A DNA stretch of 64,000 nt, taken from assembly GCA_020348445.1 (NCBI GenBank), contig CP070751.1, positions 703,116 through 767,115 of the forward strand, read 5' to 3'. The notes beneath the pieces were generated by a model. That model was not told the origin of the DNA. It worked only from the letters and a program-made list of their open reading frames with translations, and did no database searches. Of this stretch, positions 19,368 through 28,654 are shown piece by piece. The position numbers were made by a program, and so were the translations under genes. Source of the DNA: Thermoplasmata archaeon. GTDB taxonomy: Archaea; Thermoplasmatota; Thermoplasmata; GCA-020350865. Within the stretch, counting starts at the first letter, position 1; every line of letters begins with the position of its first letter.

Positions 19368-21041
19368 TTAAAAAATGTACATATCGTCCTGGCTTATTTC
19401 AATCTGCGGGAAATTGATCACAAATGTCCTTCCCATCCCCTCTTTGCTCTCGATATCGATGGGGGCATTGTGTTTTTTAAGGATGCTGGATATCGCATGC
19501 ATCCTAAGACCGATTTTCATTTTATCATAAATGCTCTCCGAACCTTCGGTCTCTGGTGTGAAGGACGGATCAAACATCCAGGCAAGATGCCCATTTGGAA
19601 CACCCTCTCCCTGATCCTTAAGGATAGCTTGAATTTTACCATTTTCAGTTCTAGTCGATATTTGGATTTTTCCTCCTTCTTCCATGGCCAGCTTTGAGTT
19701 TGTGAGAAGATATATGAAAACCTGCTGTATTTCCATTGGAATTCCCTGTATTTTGGGTATATGACTCAAGTCCTTCTCAACATCAACATTATCAAGCTTT
19801 CCACTCTCCTTCATGAGGGAAAGAGATTTTTCGATCATTTCGTTTAGGTCCAAGGTTTCCATTCCCTCTTTCTGTTGCCTCTGGGAGAACTTGGAAAGGG
19901 AGGAGAGAATCCTTTGGACCCTATCTGCCCCATCTTTAATCTCCTTGGAATAGAAACGCATCTTGATTGGGTCCTCCTCTTCCATCATGGCCTCGGCATA
20001 ACCTATCAAACCCCCAAGGGGATTGTTTATCTCGTGGGAGATTGCCGAAATCAGTGCGTCCATATCCCTCATCCTCTTTGGCTTTTGGGGGATGGTTTGG
20101 GGTGTACTACTTTTTGGAATATCCCTGGCAATGATAATCGAACCTAAGAATTCTCCATAATCGTCATGGTACGGGAAGCATGAAATAAGTGTGGTTTCAC
20201 CTGAATCTGGATCCCTTACCTCCTCCGAGTACTCCCGTTCCGTATCGAAGGTATTTTTATGAAGACAGTTGTGAATTGGACTGTTTTTATTATGAAAGAC
20301 ATCGCAGCATTTCTTTCCAATTAGCTCTTCAGGTTGGGAATCGATCTTACTGGCATATGCATTATTGATTTTTAGTATCGTGTTTTCTTTGTTGATTATA
20401 ATTATGGGATCAGCAATTGAATTGAACGCGTTTTCCCACTCTTTCTCTGCAGCTGAATCCCCTTCAAATAGGGTTGAATCCTCAACCTGAATGCCAATTT
20501 GAGAGGGTTTTGCATTTAAAACCTTGTTATTTTCTGGGGCCAATTCAGCCAGTTCTCCCAAAGATTCAATGATCTCCTTTTCAGAGACATCACTTCCCAC
20601 GAATATTACACCGATTCTGTCATCACTTTCGTCTAACATCGGTCCTATGCACCAGGATATTAGACGCTCATCACCTTCCTTGTTAATTAGATGTCTTTCG
20701 ATATTGTAGAAGGTTCCAATTTCTGTGGAAAGCGCAAATATCCCGGACGTATCCAGTCTTTCTTTTTCAGAAACCATAATCGAGGTAAAGCTCTTTCCTA
20801 CCACCTTGTCGCTTGGAAGGCCTGATACCTTCTCAGCCTCAGCATTGAATATGGTGATGTTTCCTTGAAGGTCGGTCCCAACAATTATGCTTGGAGCGCT
20901 TATTATGATCTTCTCTATAACATCCTTTTGTCTTCTTATCTCCTCAACCTCTGGATTTTCATGGGTCTGGGTTCCATCACTCTCCTTGTCATCCGGATAT
21001 TCCTCCCCTGGATTTTCATATATCTCTTCTTCTTCACCCAT
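19368..21041 (-). CDS. Cytoplasmic PAS-PAS sensor histidine kinase (HisKA + HATPase_c)
   Basis: Two PAS-like segments ending in SDVSE and ARDI; H-box ISHEINNPLGG; N-box QQVFIYLLTNS; G1 DQGEGVP; G2 box atypical. Confidence 0.85.
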   Translation of the reverse strand: MGEEEEIYENPGEEYPDDKESDGTQTHENPEVEEIRRQKDVIEKIIISAPSIIVGTDLQGNITIFNAEAEKVSGLPSDKVVGKSFTSIMVSEKERLDTSGIFALSTEIGTFYNIERHLINKEGDERLISWCIGPMLDESDDRIGVIFVGSDVSEKEIIESLGELAELAPENNKVLNAKPSQIGIQVEDSTLFEGDSAAEKEWENAFNSIADPIIIINKENTILKINNAYASKIDSQPEELIGKKCCDVFHNKNSPIHNCLHKNTFDTEREYSEEVRDPDSGETTLISCFPYHDDYGEFLGSIIIARDIPKSSTPQTIPQKPKRMRDMDALISAISHEINNPLGGLIGYAEAMMEEEDPIKMRFYSKEIKDGADRVQRILSSLSKFSQRQQKEGMETLDLNEMIEKSLSLMKESGKLDNVDVEKDLSHIPKIQGIPMEIQQVFIYLLTNSKLAMEEGGKIQISTRTENGKIQAILKDQGEGVPNGHLAWMFDPSFTPETEGSESIYDKMKIGLRMHAISSILKKHNAPIDIESKEGMGRTFVINFPQIEISQDDMYIF

Positions 21042-21303
21042 GGTATCACCCCATTGTTTTTAAACATCAGGAATCCATTATTTGCCCATTATAGAATATC
21101 ACTTTTGATTTCAAATCCCGTATATAACCATTTTTTTAATTACAGAATTGTATAGATTTTGACTGGCGCCATTTCTCTATATAGTAAAATCATTGGGAAG
21201 TATATATACAACTTTTCTTATAAATATCAAAATTGAAAAAGCCGAATATATCTATTTATAGTGTAACGAAAACGCCTTAACCAATAAAATCTATCCCGCA
21301 AAT

Positions 21304-22035
21304 ATGTCAGATGCCATATGCGACGCCCATGTCCATTTCGGCCCTTCCACCCAGTGGGTTCCATATATTAATCCCGTAGTTACGATAGAGGATGTACTGA
21401 AAAAAATGGACCAGTACAACATACAAAGAACCATAGTCTTTCCCAATCCTCATATTGGAGACAAATATCCAGAACTCAACGATTTGATGGCTGAGGCACA
21501 AAAGAAATACTCGCAAAGGATCATAGGATTTGGGCGGGTGGACCCGAGAAGAGGTGAGGAGGCAGTATCAGAAATCAAACGCATCTGGGACATAGGGCTT
21601 TTTGGGGTCAAACTGCATCCCTATGTGGAGTGCTTCAGGCCTGATCATCCGTTTTTCGACGCCTTTTGGGGCACTATTTTCGAATTGGACCTGACAGTTC
21701 TAATTCATACAGGCACCATGTTCTCCTCCCCGGGGTACCTCAAACCCGTTTTAAAAAAATATCCTGCCATGAAGATCATCTTGGGCCATCTTCAGGAGGC
21801 CTGTATATCACTTATGAGGGATTATGAGAATGTATATTCTGACACTTCTGGCTCCCGTGTAAAAATATTGGAATATGCGCAAGAAACCTGCCATGACAAG
21901 ATAATGTTCGGCTCTGATTATCCATATTTGAGCTACAGGGTGCAGATGGAGGTTGTGAGGGCCGCTGAAATATCAGAGAGCGTGAGAAACAAGATATTTT
22001 CCGGTAATTTTGAGAGACTATTTAAGGAAAAATAG
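21304..22035 (+). CDS. Amidohydrolase family (Amidohydro_2) protein
   Basis: DAHVH, GVKLHP, LIHTG, ILGH, IMFGSDYPY. Confidence 0.88.
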   Translation: MSDAICDAHVHFGPSTQWVPYINPVVTIEDVLKKMDQYNIQRTIVFPNPHIGDKYPELNDLMAEAQKKYSQRIIGFGRVDPRRGEEAVSEIKRIWDIGLFGVKLHPYVECFRPDHPFFDAFWGTIFELDLTVLIHTGTMFSSPGYLKPVLKKYPAMKIILGHLQEACISLMRDYENVYSDTSGSRVKILEYAQETCHDKIMFGSDYPYLSYRVQMEVVRAAEISESVRNKIFSGNFERLFKEK

Positions 22036-22101
22036 AGGATTAATTACCTTTTGCCTACCCAAATGGATACCATGTTGTTATTTTGGTTGAGGCTGTTATT
22101 T

Positions 22102-23217
22102 TTAAGGTCCTATCGAGGTCTGCCCACCGCATAGAGGGCAGTTGATCACTACGTTCTGTTTTGGGGTCGGCACAGTAAATGGTTTTCTGCAATGGGGGCA
22201 GCTAAAAGTAGTTTCTTCAGGTTGAGTAGTTGGAGGTTTCGAAGGCGTAGGTGGTGGTTTAATCCCTTTTTTTGGAGGTGGTGGCGGCAGAGGTTTTTGG
22301 AGGGGAGGTCTTTGGGGTGGGGATTGTTGCAGTGTGGGTTGAATAGGTGGTGGTTGTTGGGGAGGAAGCGGTTGTTGGGGATATTGTGGTTGTACTGCGG
22401 GTGCGATAGCAAGATTTTCTTGTTTGGAAGCAGCCATTAGCGAGAACGCGATTAATACAGAAATAAAGGAAATGAGAGAAATATACCAGCCTATATCTGG
22501 GTGCCACGACCACTCATAGTTTCCTTCCATTGTTGTACCGTAAATTTCGGTATCAATCTTGGCCTTATCGCTGCCGTATAATGTGGGTTCGTATTTTAAA
22601 TCTTCCATACCAATTTCTTCATAACTTTCTGTTATGTTACTTTCGTCCCAATTCTCCTCTATTGCAGCTGGTAAAGCTATTGCAAAGTATAATGGTATGA
22701 TCAAAGATAATATCAATAATATTATAAGAGAAATCACTCCTCCTATTTTAGATATAGCACCAAAAAGGGATAGTGTTACAAAAATCGCAGATATAATTCC
22801 CATTATGATAGCAATAATCACTAAAAAGAAGGTCACATCCATCACATGTTTGATTTCGTCATTATCCTCGTAATCGTCGGTATCATAATCCTTCGATTCA
22901 TCGGTGACATCATCGGTTTGCCCTATTACTGATGTTTTAATCTCAGATTCTCTTAGATGCATTGCTATCTCAGCATCACCATTGATAGTGAATGGGGTTC
23001 CATAGGATTCGCCTTCCATATCCATTTCTATCTCAAAATAATACCATGAAAAAAACAGGGTATGTATCAAGAGCACGAGCACAACGATAATAAAAAATAA
23101 GCTAGTGGCTCTTTTTGGTGATATCTTTGGTCTTCCACTAGCCATCATAGGTGGCGTGTACATTGGTTGTTGAGGAATTTGCACACCTTGATATGGAGAA
23201 GTACTGTATTGTTGCAT
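22102..23217 (-). CDS. Four-TM membrane protein with Pro/Gln-rich termini and C-terminal zinc ribbon
   Basis: Four hydrophobic helices; QPQYPQQPLPPQQPPP...PPPPP; ends CPHC-x16-CPLC. Confidence 0.75.
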   Translation of the reverse strand: MQQYSTSPYQGVQIPQQPMYTPPMMASGRPKISPKRATSLFFIIVVLVLLIHTLFFSWYYFEIEMDMEGESYGTPFTINGDAEIAMHLRESEIKTSVIGQTDDVTDESKDYDTDDYEDNDEIKHVMDVTFFLVIIAIIMGIISAIFVTLSLFGAISKIGGVISLIILLILSLIIPLYFAIALPAAIEENWDESNITESYEEIGMEDLKYEPTLYGSDKAKIDTEIYGTTMEGNYEWSWHPDIGWYISLISFISVLIAFSLMAASKQENLAIAPAVQPQYPQQPLPPQQPPPIQPTLQQSPPQRPPLQKPLPPPPPKKGIKPPPTPSKPPTTQPEETTFSCPHCRKPFTVPTPKQNVVINCPLCGGQTSIGP

Positions 23218-23317
23218 AATAATCCCTTGCCTCTGTGACTATTGTACATATATTCTTCTAATTAAATATATTTTTTGTGGAGGGTAAAATCATAGTTTAA
23301 AGGATATTTAGCGAAAA

Positions 23318-24205
23318 TCACCCCGGCTCTTTCTCCCTCTTCCTTCCTATATATGCCAGATATATTCCAGGTAGTATCAAAGCACCCCCTATTATCGTGA
23401 ATTGAGGGGGGACCTCCGAAAGAAGCACCAAGGCCAAAATCGAGGAGCCAATGGGCTCCCCTAACAGACTGACGGATACTATCTGCGCTTTCACATGCTT
23501 GAGGGCATAATTATAGAGGGTATGGCCTAGGATCGTGGGCACCAAGGCCATCAATATAAAGAGCGAGTATTCCTTCGCAGGCAGAGGATGAAGCGGTGCA
23601 GAAATGAACAGACATGTGACCAGTAAAAATAGGGTGCATATTCCATATACAATAAATACATAAGGAAGGAGGGGAACAGTTCTTCTGGCCTTTCTGCCGC
23701 CTAATATGTATGTCCCTGCTGCAATGCTTCCGATAAGAGCAAGGATATCGCCTCTGAAATTCGAGCCTCCCAGGCCCAAATCCCCTACAGCCAGTATGAT
23801 AATACCACAAAATGCCACTCCGATTCCCAAATAACCCACTGTCTTCAGTTTTTCTCTAAATACATAATGGGACACGATGGCTACAAAAAGGGGATGTGAG
23901 GTGACCAGGATGACTGAGCTTGCCACTGAGGTCTCTTTTAAAGATGTTATCCAGGTTCCAAAATGAAGTGCCAGAATCATCCCTATGGCTACCATGAATA
24001 TAAAATCTTCTTTTTCTATCTTTTTAATGTCATCAAAATTGAAAAGCAGAACTGCAGGAAGAAGGATGAGCGTGGTAATACCCATCCTATAGGTTGCAAT
24101 AACCAGTGGATGCGCGTCACTCCATCTTATGAAGATCGCCGAGAAAGAAACGGCCACTACAGCCGTGATGATGGCCATGTTGCTTAGGTTCTGGTGCCTT
24201 TGCAT
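23318..24205 (-). CDS. DMT/EamA family transporter
   Basis: About 10 TMs; VSFSAIFIRWS, LALHFGTWITSL, GHTLYNYAL..VSLLGEPIGS. Confidence 0.9.
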   Translation of the reverse strand: MQRHQNLSNMAIITAVVAVSFSAIFIRWSDAHPLVIATYRMGITTLILLPAVLLFNFDDIKKIEKEDFIFMVAIGMILALHFGTWITSLKETSVASSVILVTSHPLFVAIVSHYVFREKLKTVGYLGIGVAFCGIIILAVGDLGLGGSNFRGDILALIGSIAAGTYILGGRKARRTVPLLPYVFIVYGICTLFLLVTCLFISAPLHPLPAKEYSLFILMALVPTILGHTLYNYALKHVKAQIVSVSLLGEPIGSSILALVLLSEVPPQFTIIGGALILPGIYLAYIGRKREKEPG

Positions 24206-24319
24206 ATGCGAGATAAAGACGAGATGGTATATAATTGTATATTCAGATTTTGTTACTACTAGTTGGTACTAAATACAAATATAAGAAACACATTATATTG
24301 CTAAAAAAGGTGAGATCAA

Positions 24320-24463
24320 ATGAAGGTCTGGATATGTGATGACTGCGGAAAAGAGTTAGGTATCGGCTCAAAACCTGATAATTGCGATTGCGGTTCAAGC
24401 GTTATCATTGAGGTAGAAAGAACCGATGAAAGTGGTTTTGGATGCAAGGGGCCCAGTGCCTAG
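24320..24463 (+). CDS. Small Cys-rich rubredoxin/zinc-ribbon-like protein (47 aa, not in ORF track)
   Basis: MKVWICDDCGKELGIGSKPDNCDCGSSVIIEVERTDESGFGCKGPSA; AGGTGA SD 6 nt upstream. Confidence 0.7.
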   Translation: MKVWICDDCGKELGIGSKPDNCDCGSSVIIEVERTDESGFGCKGPSA

Positions 24464-24475
24464 TCTATACAAAAA

Positions 24476-25525
24476 TTATCTTGTTATATCGATGGTTTTG
24501 ACCTTCTCGTAGTTATCAGGATTCTTTTCAAAGTAGTCTCTTACAGAATCGAGAATATCTGTCAGGTACTGACCCACCGCATTTTTTAGATCCTGAGGGT
24601 GCAGCTGGCCTGATTCAAAAACATCCTTTAACTCCTCATAACCGTTTATCTCCAAATCCCCTCCAAATTTCTCGGGCCGGGAAATCGTTATGCTATCTAA
24701 TCTATTGAATATTATATATCTGCATAAATCTATGATGGGATTATCCTCTATCTGCCCCTCTGGACAGTAGGCCTTCTTTATCTTCTTTTTTATGTCCTCT
24801 GGAGAGTCGTGGATAAATATCGTGTTTTCGGGATTGGACTTGGACATTTTCGCCTCGATGGGATCCATTCTTCCCCAACCCTGTAAACCAGATAAAAGGG
24901 GTGTATGGAGGGCCACAACCTTCTTCAGACCAAGTTTTTCAGAAACATCCCTTGCCAGCATATGAGCCTTTCTCTGGTCCATTCCCCCGTATGCCACATC
25001 TACATCCAGCTGGAATATGTCAGCAACCTGCATTGCAGGGTAGATGAGCATTGATGCATCTATATTTGCCTCATCCTCCTTTCTCCCCATGATGGTCAGG
25101 GTCCTTTTGATTCTTGAGAGGGAGCTGTGCTTGGAGATTCTCATCACCTTTTCCCAGTATTCTATACCATTTAATAGGTCGGTGGCGTATACGAATTCCA
25201 AATCATCAGAAGCAACGGAAAATGCTGAAAAACAGTCCTTGATGTACTCTCCGCAAGCCCTGATATTCTCGATATCACCACCAAGCTTGTCGTTGAGATA
25301 GGCGTGCCAGTCTGCAAGGAGAATGGTCACCTTAAAACCGGCATCTAAAAGATCTTTGACCTTATCAATGCAAATTATGGAGCCTATATGCACAAGACCA
25401 GAGGGCTCGATACCGATATATGCAGTGGGTTTTTTCTTCTCATCCAGTAATGCGGTAAGTTCTTCGTGGGTAACTATTTCCTCTGTGTTGTGGATTATCC
25501 TCTCCAATTGGCTCATGATCCTCAC
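24476..25525 (-). CDS. tyrS: Tyrosine--tRNA ligase (archaeal type)
   Basis: AYIGIEPSGLVHIG, LADWHA, YPAMQVADI, GGMDQRKAH, KMSKS; start may be ATG 25516. Confidence 0.96.
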   Translation of the reverse strand: MRIMSQLERIIHNTEEIVTHEELTALLDEKKKPTAYIGIEPSGLVHIGSIICIDKVKDLLDAGFKVTILLADWHAYLNDKLGGDIENIRACGEYIKDCFSAFSVASDDLEFVYATDLLNGIEYWEKVMRISKHSSLSRIKRTLTIMGRKEDEANIDASMLIYPAMQVADIFQLDVDVAYGGMDQRKAHMLARDVSEKLGLKKVVALHTPLLSGLQGWGRMDPIEAKMSKSNPENTIFIHDSPEDIKKKIKKAYCPEGQIEDNPIIDLCRYIIFNRLDSITISRPEKFGGDLEINGYEELKDVFESGQLHPQDLKNAVGQYLTDILDSVRDYFEKNPDNYEKVKTIDITR

Positions 25526-25648
25526 GACGGGTGATATGTAAAAGGATGTAAAAGAGGGTTTTGGTTCGAAAGAACTCGAGAATCGGGAAGTTTTAAAAGG
25601 AAGAAAAACGATACAGGTTGCGGGTGCTAAAAAGAAGAGGTGATTTGA

Positions 25649-25891
25649 GTGAAAAGATTTGCAACCGAGCTAAGAGGAAAAACCGTTATGACGAACGATG
25701 GACAGATCCTTGGTATGATAGAGAATTTCATTGTTGATACCGCAACAGGAGAGCTTCATCATGTGCTCGTTATTCCTGCAGAGGAAATTGAACCTAGATT
25801 GTACAAAACAGATGCCCAGGGAAGGCTAGTTCTGCCCTTCCAGAACATGAAGGCAGTAAGAGACGTCGTGGTAATGGACCTGTTGAAGTAA
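25649..25891 (+). CDS. PRC-barrel domain protein
   Basis: ELRGKTVMTNDGQILGMIENFIVDTATGEL...AVRDVVV; GAGGTGA SD. Confidence 0.85.
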   Translation: MKRFATELRGKTVMTNDGQILGMIENFIVDTATGELHHVLVIPAEEIEPRLYKTDAQGRLVLPFQNMKAVRDVVVMDLLK

Positions 25892-26032
25892 TTTATGGAA
25901 TAAGAATTATTGATGCACGATTTATGTCGTGCTCCCTGGATTTGAAATTTTCTTGGAAAACGAAAAACCCAGGTCTCATTTCCTGTGCAATCAACTTATA
26001 TTTCAAAAACCTTTTAAGACTTAGGTGAACCT

Positions 26033-28648
26033 ATGAAAAAATACGTGCGGGGGTTCAAAGAGGTATCCAAATCTGATATTACCCTTGTTGGAGGAAAAGG
26101 AGCCAATTTGGGAGAGCTGACAAAACTCGGTCTTTTGGTGCCCGAGGGTTTCTGTATTACTGCCGAAGCTTACTCAGATTATATTATGGATGTTAAGGAC
26201 GAGATTCTTAATATCGCGAATTCCATAAAAATGGAAGATCAATCTGATTTACAAAAGAAGGTCCAGGATATTAGAAGAACGATCTTATCAATTGAGCTTT
26301 CCAAGAAAATCTCACTTGATATTACCGAAGCGTTCATGAAGTTTGTTGCTAAGAACGAGAAATCAGTGGCTGTAAGATCCTCGGCCACAGCAGAAGACCT
26401 CCCAGATGCCAGTTTTGCAGGACAGCATGAAACATACCTGAATGTAGTGGGTATTGATGACCTTCTAAACAAGGTAAAAGAATGCTGGGCCTCTCTGTGG
26501 ACACCACGGGCTATCCAGTATCGTAAAAAACATGGTTTTCGGCATTCGAAGGTTTCAATGTGTGTGGTTGTACAAAGGATGATATCGCCTTCAGTTTCTG
26601 GAGTGATGTTCACCTACAATTCTTTGGAAGAAAAAGACGATGAAATTGTTGTAGAGTCAACGTTTGGATTGGGGGAAGGGCTAGTATCAGGACTTGTTAC
26701 TCCAGATACATACACTATTGAAAAGGATGGGCTAAAGATAAAAAGGAGAAGGATATCTAAAAAGGAGGTTATGGTGGTCCCTTCAAAGGAGGGAGTTACA
26801 AAGGCTTATGTGCCCAAGGAAAAACAAGAAGTTCCCACACTTTCAGATGAAAAAATAAAAAAGTTGGCAAAAATTGGCCTTGTCATTGAACAGCACTTCA
26901 AATCCCCCCAGGACATCGAATGGGGACTTAGCCAAGATAGGTTCTACATCCTCCAGTCAAGACCAGTGACAGGTTTGGGAAAAAAGGTACCTGCCCTTAG
27001 TCAGGAAGAACTTTCGGGTCTTAAGGGGGAATGGACAAAATCCCCTTTAGATGAGCGGGTCCAGGAGCCTCTTACACCATTTACATGGTCCATTGCCGAG
27101 GAGAGCATTCCCAGCTTCTTTGATGCCCTTTCAGCCTTTGGATTCAGGGTTCCTGAGGATGCAGATTTGGCCAGATTATTTTTCGGCAGACCCTATGTCA
27201 ATAAAACAGAGCTTGAGAAGATATTTTCAAATCTGCCTGGTGTTGTGGACGACTTCATAATGGGGGGCCAGGTGCAAATAGACAGGAAGAAAATCAAATT
27301 ATCCATGCTGCCTGTTTTTTTTAGGGCGTTTTTACTGGTGAACCAGGTACATAAGAATTGGGACTCAGAATTGCCCGAGATTCAAAAAAAGTTCGATGAC
27401 CTAAAAACATTTCAAATAGAGGAGGCATCTACAGATGAATTACTTACCCAATTGGATTATATAGTTGGAATTGCACAATCAGTTGGTACGACTCATGCTT
27501 TGAGTATCGTCTTTTGTGAAGCATTGTATCAGGTGCTTGCAATACTGGTTGAGAGGTATTCCCAAGAAGATTTCCACACCTTGTGTCCTAATCTCGTTTC
27601 GGGTCTGGAAAACAAGACCCTGGAAACCAACAAGAAACTATGGGAACTGGCAATGACGGCAAAAGAGATCCCCATAATTCAAAAAGAGATTTTAAAAGAG
27701 AATTATGCTCATCTTGTCAAATCCTTGAGTACTACCAAAGAAGGAAAAGCCTTTTTAAATCGATTTCACGGATTCCTTGATTCATACGGCCATAGGTCTC
27801 CAAAGTACGACCTCTACTATCCTTCATGGGGCGATGATCCCAACCTCGTTTTAGAGATCCTGAGAACCTACCTGATAGGTGAAAAACACATGGACCCCAA
27901 GTCCATGGAGAAAAAAAGTGTAAAAGAAAGGGAAAAAGCTGAAGAACTCGTTCTAGCAAGATTGAATACACACCTCTTAGACAACTTATTTCCCGTAAAG
28001 AGGTTTGCTTTTTTAAGACTTTTAAAACTCGCACAAAAGTACATGACCCTTCGGGAGAACCAGCAGTTCTACATAGGGCAGGGTTATCCCATCGCTAGGA
28101 GAATTGTTTTACAAATTGGCTCGCATTTAGTTGAAGTGGGAATCATCCATAAAAAGGAGGACGTGTTCTTCCTTACAATAGAGGAAATTCGGAGTATAAG
28201 TCTCGGAAAAAAAATAGAGGGTCTGGCGATCACAATAAATACGAGAAAATCTGAATTTGAATCGTTTTCGAGGATAAATCCCCCTCACCTTATTACCAGA
28301 GAAGGAGCCAAGGAAATGACAGGTAAAGAAATCCTGAAAGGTATAGGCGGTAGTCCGGGCAGAGCTTCCGGAAACGTGAAAATAATATCAAACATCACTG
28401 AATTTGGTAGATTCAAGGAGGGTGAAATCCTTGTGGCTCCCACAACAAATCCCTCCTGGACACCGCTTTTTTTGATGGCGGCTGGCATCGTCACCGAGGT
28501 TGGGGGTATGCTCTGTCACGGTGCAGTTGTGGCAAGAGAATACGGAATCCCCGCCGTATTAGGTGTAAAAAATGTCACTCAGATTTTAAAAGATGGACAG
28601 CATGTGACTTTGGATGGAACAAAGGGAATAATTTATACAAAGGACTGA
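26033..28648 (+). CDS. PEP-utilising enzyme with rifampicin-phosphotransferase/PigC-type domain order (ATP-grasp, middle substrate domain, C-terminal phospho-His domain)
   Basis: VGGKGANLGEL, AVRSSATAEDLPDASFAGQHETYLNV, QDIEW..ILQSRPVT; C-terminal TNPSWTPLF..EVGGMLCHGAVVAREYGIPAV; no C-terminal PEP-binding barrel; 871 aa. Confidence 0.85.
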   Translation: MKKYVRGFKEVSKSDITLVGGKGANLGELTKLGLLVPEGFCITAEAYSDYIMDVKDEILNIANSIKMEDQSDLQKKVQDIRRTILSIELSKKISLDITEAFMKFVAKNEKSVAVRSSATAEDLPDASFAGQHETYLNVVGIDDLLNKVKECWASLWTPRAIQYRKKHGFRHSKVSMCVVVQRMISPSVSGVMFTYNSLEEKDDEIVVESTFGLGEGLVSGLVTPDTYTIEKDGLKIKRRRISKKEVMVVPSKEGVTKAYVPKEKQEVPTLSDEKIKKLAKIGLVIEQHFKSPQDIEWGLSQDRFYILQSRPVTGLGKKVPALSQEELSGLKGEWTKSPLDERVQEPLTPFTWSIAEESIPSFFDALSAFGFRVPEDADLARLFFGRPYVNKTELEKIFSNLPGVVDDFIMGGQVQIDRKKIKLSMLPVFFRAFLLVNQVHKNWDSELPEIQKKFDDLKTFQIEEASTDELLTQLDYIVGIAQSVGTTHALSIVFCEALYQVLAILVERYSQEDFHTLCPNLVSGLENKTLETNKKLWELAMTAKEIPIIQKEILKENYAHLVKSLSTTKEGKAFLNRFHGFLDSYGHRSPKYDLYYPSWGDDPNLVLEILRTYLIGEKHMDPKSMEKKSVKEREKAEELVLARLNTHLLDNLFPVKRFAFLRLLKLAQKYMTLRENQQFYIGQGYPIARRIVLQIGSHLVEVGIIHKKEDVFFLTIEEIRSISLGKKIEGLAITINTRKSEFESFSRINPPHLITREGAKEMTGKEILKGIGGSPGRASGNVKIISNITEFGRFKEGEILVAPTTNPSWTPLFLMAAGIVTEVGGMLCHGAVVAREYGIPAVLGVKNVTQILKDGQHVTLDGTKGIIYTKD

Positions 28649-28654
28649 AAATAT

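Noticed and set aside
25915-25932. Hairpin GCACGA-tttatg-TCGTGC upstream of the RPH-like gene
   Set aside because: The stem is only 6 bp, has no U-tract and does not resemble a known rifamycin-responsive element; it could be chance.
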